From an uncultured Candidatus Saccharibacteria bacterium (GTDB taxonomy: Bacteria; Patescibacteriota; Saccharimonadia; Saccharimonadales; CAZPPF01), in NCBI GenBank assembly GCA_964588395.1, contig CAZPPF010000004.1, positions 1 to 48,237 of the forward strand: a stretch of DNA of 48,237 nucleotides. The letters are read 5' to 3'. The translations under genes and the position numbers were made by a program. The notes beneath the pieces were generated by a model. The model did not search any database. It was given only the letters and a program-made list of their open reading frames with translations, and was not told the origin of the DNA. This document shows positions 46,359 to 48,237 of the stretch, piece by piece (positions within the stretch are counted from its first letter, which is position 1; each line of letters opens with the position of its first letter).

Positions 46359-48146
46359 ATGTTGTCATTAATCAAGTCAGTTCGTCGTAAAGTTATTAAA
46401 TCCAGCATTGTTTCGCTGGCGCTTTTTGGTGGTGTTATTCTGCCAATGGTTGCACCTATGCACGCCTACGCTGCAACCACAAACATTACTCCAGCAGCTA
46501 AAATTTCTTTTACGTTTGACGATGGTTATAACAGTGCATTGACTCAAGCCGCACCGACGCTAGCAAAATATGGCTACACCGGTACGGATTATGTTATTAG
46601 CGGTTGCGTTGGCATGGTTACGTTTCCAAATACCTGCCGCGCCGATTCTGACAAGTCATACATGACCTGGGATCAAATCACTCAGCTCAAAAATACCTAT
46701 GGCTGGGAAGTTGGCTCACACACGGTCACCCACCCTTACCTGGCAACCTTTGACGCAACCGATGGACAATCTGCTCCACTTACTCCTGCCCAAGTTACCC
46801 AGGAACTTACTCAAAGTAAGGCTGACTTTGCAGCTCATGGTATTAATACAACTTCGCTGGCAACACCTTACGGAGACTATAACCCTACTGTTCTAGCTCA
46901 GATTGCCAAGTATTACAGCTCAATGCGCGGTTTCCAAGATACTGGCTACAACACCTGGCCAAATAACGATTACTTGATCCGTGATCAGCACATCGAAGGC
47001 AATACCACTGTTAAAACCGTACAAGGTTATATTGACACCGCTATTAAGAACAACCAGTGGTTAGTACTTACCTTCCACGATATTAAAACTAAGGCAAGCA
47101 ACAAAGCTGATGATTATGAATACAGCACCGCTGGCCTCGATCAAATTGCAGCTTATATCAAGTCAAAGAATGTTCCAGTTGTGAACGTCAGCAATGGACT
47201 AGTAACTAGCGACACCAATTTGTTACCAAACCCTAGCTTCAATAGTGGCTTGAGTGGTTGGACTACCGACAGCCCAAGCAACGTTACTGCAGACAGTGGC
47301 ACCAACGGCAACTACCCTGATCCAACCAACTCAGTCAAATTTGCCGCTACTAGCAAAGAAGTACACCTGTTTTCTCCAAAAGTAGCCGTCGATTCCAACA
47401 CATCCTATATGCTCAAGAGTTACGCCAACGTTACAGCAATGACTGGTGGTGAATTTGGTTATTACGTTGACGAATATGATGGTTTTGGCAATTGGATCTC
47501 TGGACAGTTTAAGGCTGCCGCCAGAAATGTCTGGGCTAATGAGATTAACTTTAGCTACAAACCAACCAGCGCAAATGTAAAAAGTTCCAGCTTGCAGGTA
47601 TTTGCTACTGCCAACTCAGGTATTACCGCTTACTTCGACAATGCTCAGTGGTTTCCACTTTCGGCCACCGCACCTACTCCTCCACCAGTTGTAAATAACC
47701 TGGTGGCCAACGGCACATTTGATGCCGGACTTTCAAGTGGCTGGAGAACCGACAAAACGGGTGTAGTCACGGCTGATTCTGCCAACAACGGTAGCCCAAA
47801 CAACCCAGTTAACTCAATCAAAATGGTTAGCACCACCACCAACGCTCATTTGTTCTCACCAGTAGTAACTGTTGACTCGACTAAAACTTACAACTTGAGC
47901 ACCTATGTAAACCTCAAGCAGATCAGTTCCGGTGAAGTTGGATTCTACGTTGATGAATACGATGTAAATGGTAATTGGATTTCTGGCCAGTACAAGACCG
48001 GTGTACATACGGTAGGCGCAGGCAATGTAGCCTTCAACTACGTACCAAGCTCTGCAAACGTCAAAAAAGCTAGCTTACAAGTTATTGTTGTAGCTAACTC
48101 AAACACCTTGGTCTACATCGACGATGTGGTTTGGATCCAGCTCTAA
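46359..48146 (+). CDS. secreted polysaccharide deacetylase (CE4/NodB) with two CBM-like repeats
   Basis: Signal peptide (AYA-A); TFDDGY, HTVTHPYL, PYG, LTFH; two repeats NLL/V.N..F..GLS.GW.TD...YVDEYD..GNWISGQ. Confidence 0.9.
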   Translation: MLSLIKSVRRKVIKSSIVSLALFGGVILPMVAPMHAYAATTNITPAAKISFTFDDGYNSALTQAAPTLAKYGYTGTDYVISGCVGMVTFPNTCRADSDKSYMTWDQITQLKNTYGWEVGSHTVTHPYLATFDATDGQSAPLTPAQVTQELTQSKADFAAHGINTTSLATPYGDYNPTVLAQIAKYYSSMRGFQDTGYNTWPNNDYLIRDQHIEGNTTVKTVQGYIDTAIKNNQWLVLTFHDIKTKASNKADDYEYSTAGLDQIAAYIKSKNVPVVNVSNGLVTSDTNLLPNPSFNSGLSGWTTDSPSNVTADSGTNGNYPDPTNSVKFAATSKEVHLFSPKVAVDSNTSYMLKSYANVTAMTGGEFGYYVDEYDGFGNWISGQFKAAARNVWANEINFSYKPTSANVKSSSLQVFATANSGITAYFDNAQWFPLSATAPTPPPVVNNLVANGTFDAGLSSGWRTDKTGVVTADSANNGSPNNPVNSIKMVSTTTNAHLFSPVVTVDSTKTYNLSTYVNLKQISSGEVGFYVDEYDVNGNWISGQYKTGVHTVGAGNVAFNYVPSSANVKKASLQVIVVANSNTLVYIDDVVWIQL

Positions 48147-48184
48147 AGACTATTAGTTTGCTATAATCACATCTGTTGTCCTAG

Positions 48185-48237
48185 GCGGGATTCGTATAAC
48201 GGTTAATATGCAAGTTTTCCAAACTTGAGACGGGGTT
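48185..48237 (+). tRNA. tRNA-Gly (TCC), truncated by the window end
   Basis: GCGGGATTCGTATAACGGTTAATATG-CAAGT-TTTCCAA-ACTTG-AGACGGGGTT... Confidence 0.85.

Overview
Bacterial chromosomal window that looks like Candidatus Saccharibacteria (TM7, Patescibacteria/CPR). This is inferred from gene content: HTH-MurA fusion, DUF348/G5 Rpf-like protein, sortase/LPXTG proteins, tRNA-Arg(TCG), long tmRNA tag, and fermentative/folate-salvage genes. Housekeeping content: ssrA, four tRNAs (Glu, Lys, Arg, partial Gly), rsmA, pcrA, pyk-pgk-tpiA, murA/B/D/I, folA/C/D, glyA and two GH13 enzymes. Four unusual observations stand out. (1) A GC-rich two-gene cassette (about 13.75-16.5 kb, minus strand) is built like a pre-rRNA: a near-consensus sigma70 promoter, boxA-like motifs, and a long structured leader and trailer that pair with each other across about 2.5 kb through nested helices. 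The neighbouring LPXTG surface-protein gene seems to reuse the same layout. (2) A roughly 100-nt structured element with compensatory changes occurs twice, next to folD and next to glyA. (3) An unannotated 57-aa LPNTG mini-protein heads a sortase-GT2 operon flanked by GH10 and CE4 enzymes. (4) A ThiF / adenylate-forming ligase / nitroreductase / aminotransferase cluster is bracketed by a membrane histidine kinase and a response regulator. All calls come from reading motifs by eye; no database searches or folding programs were run.
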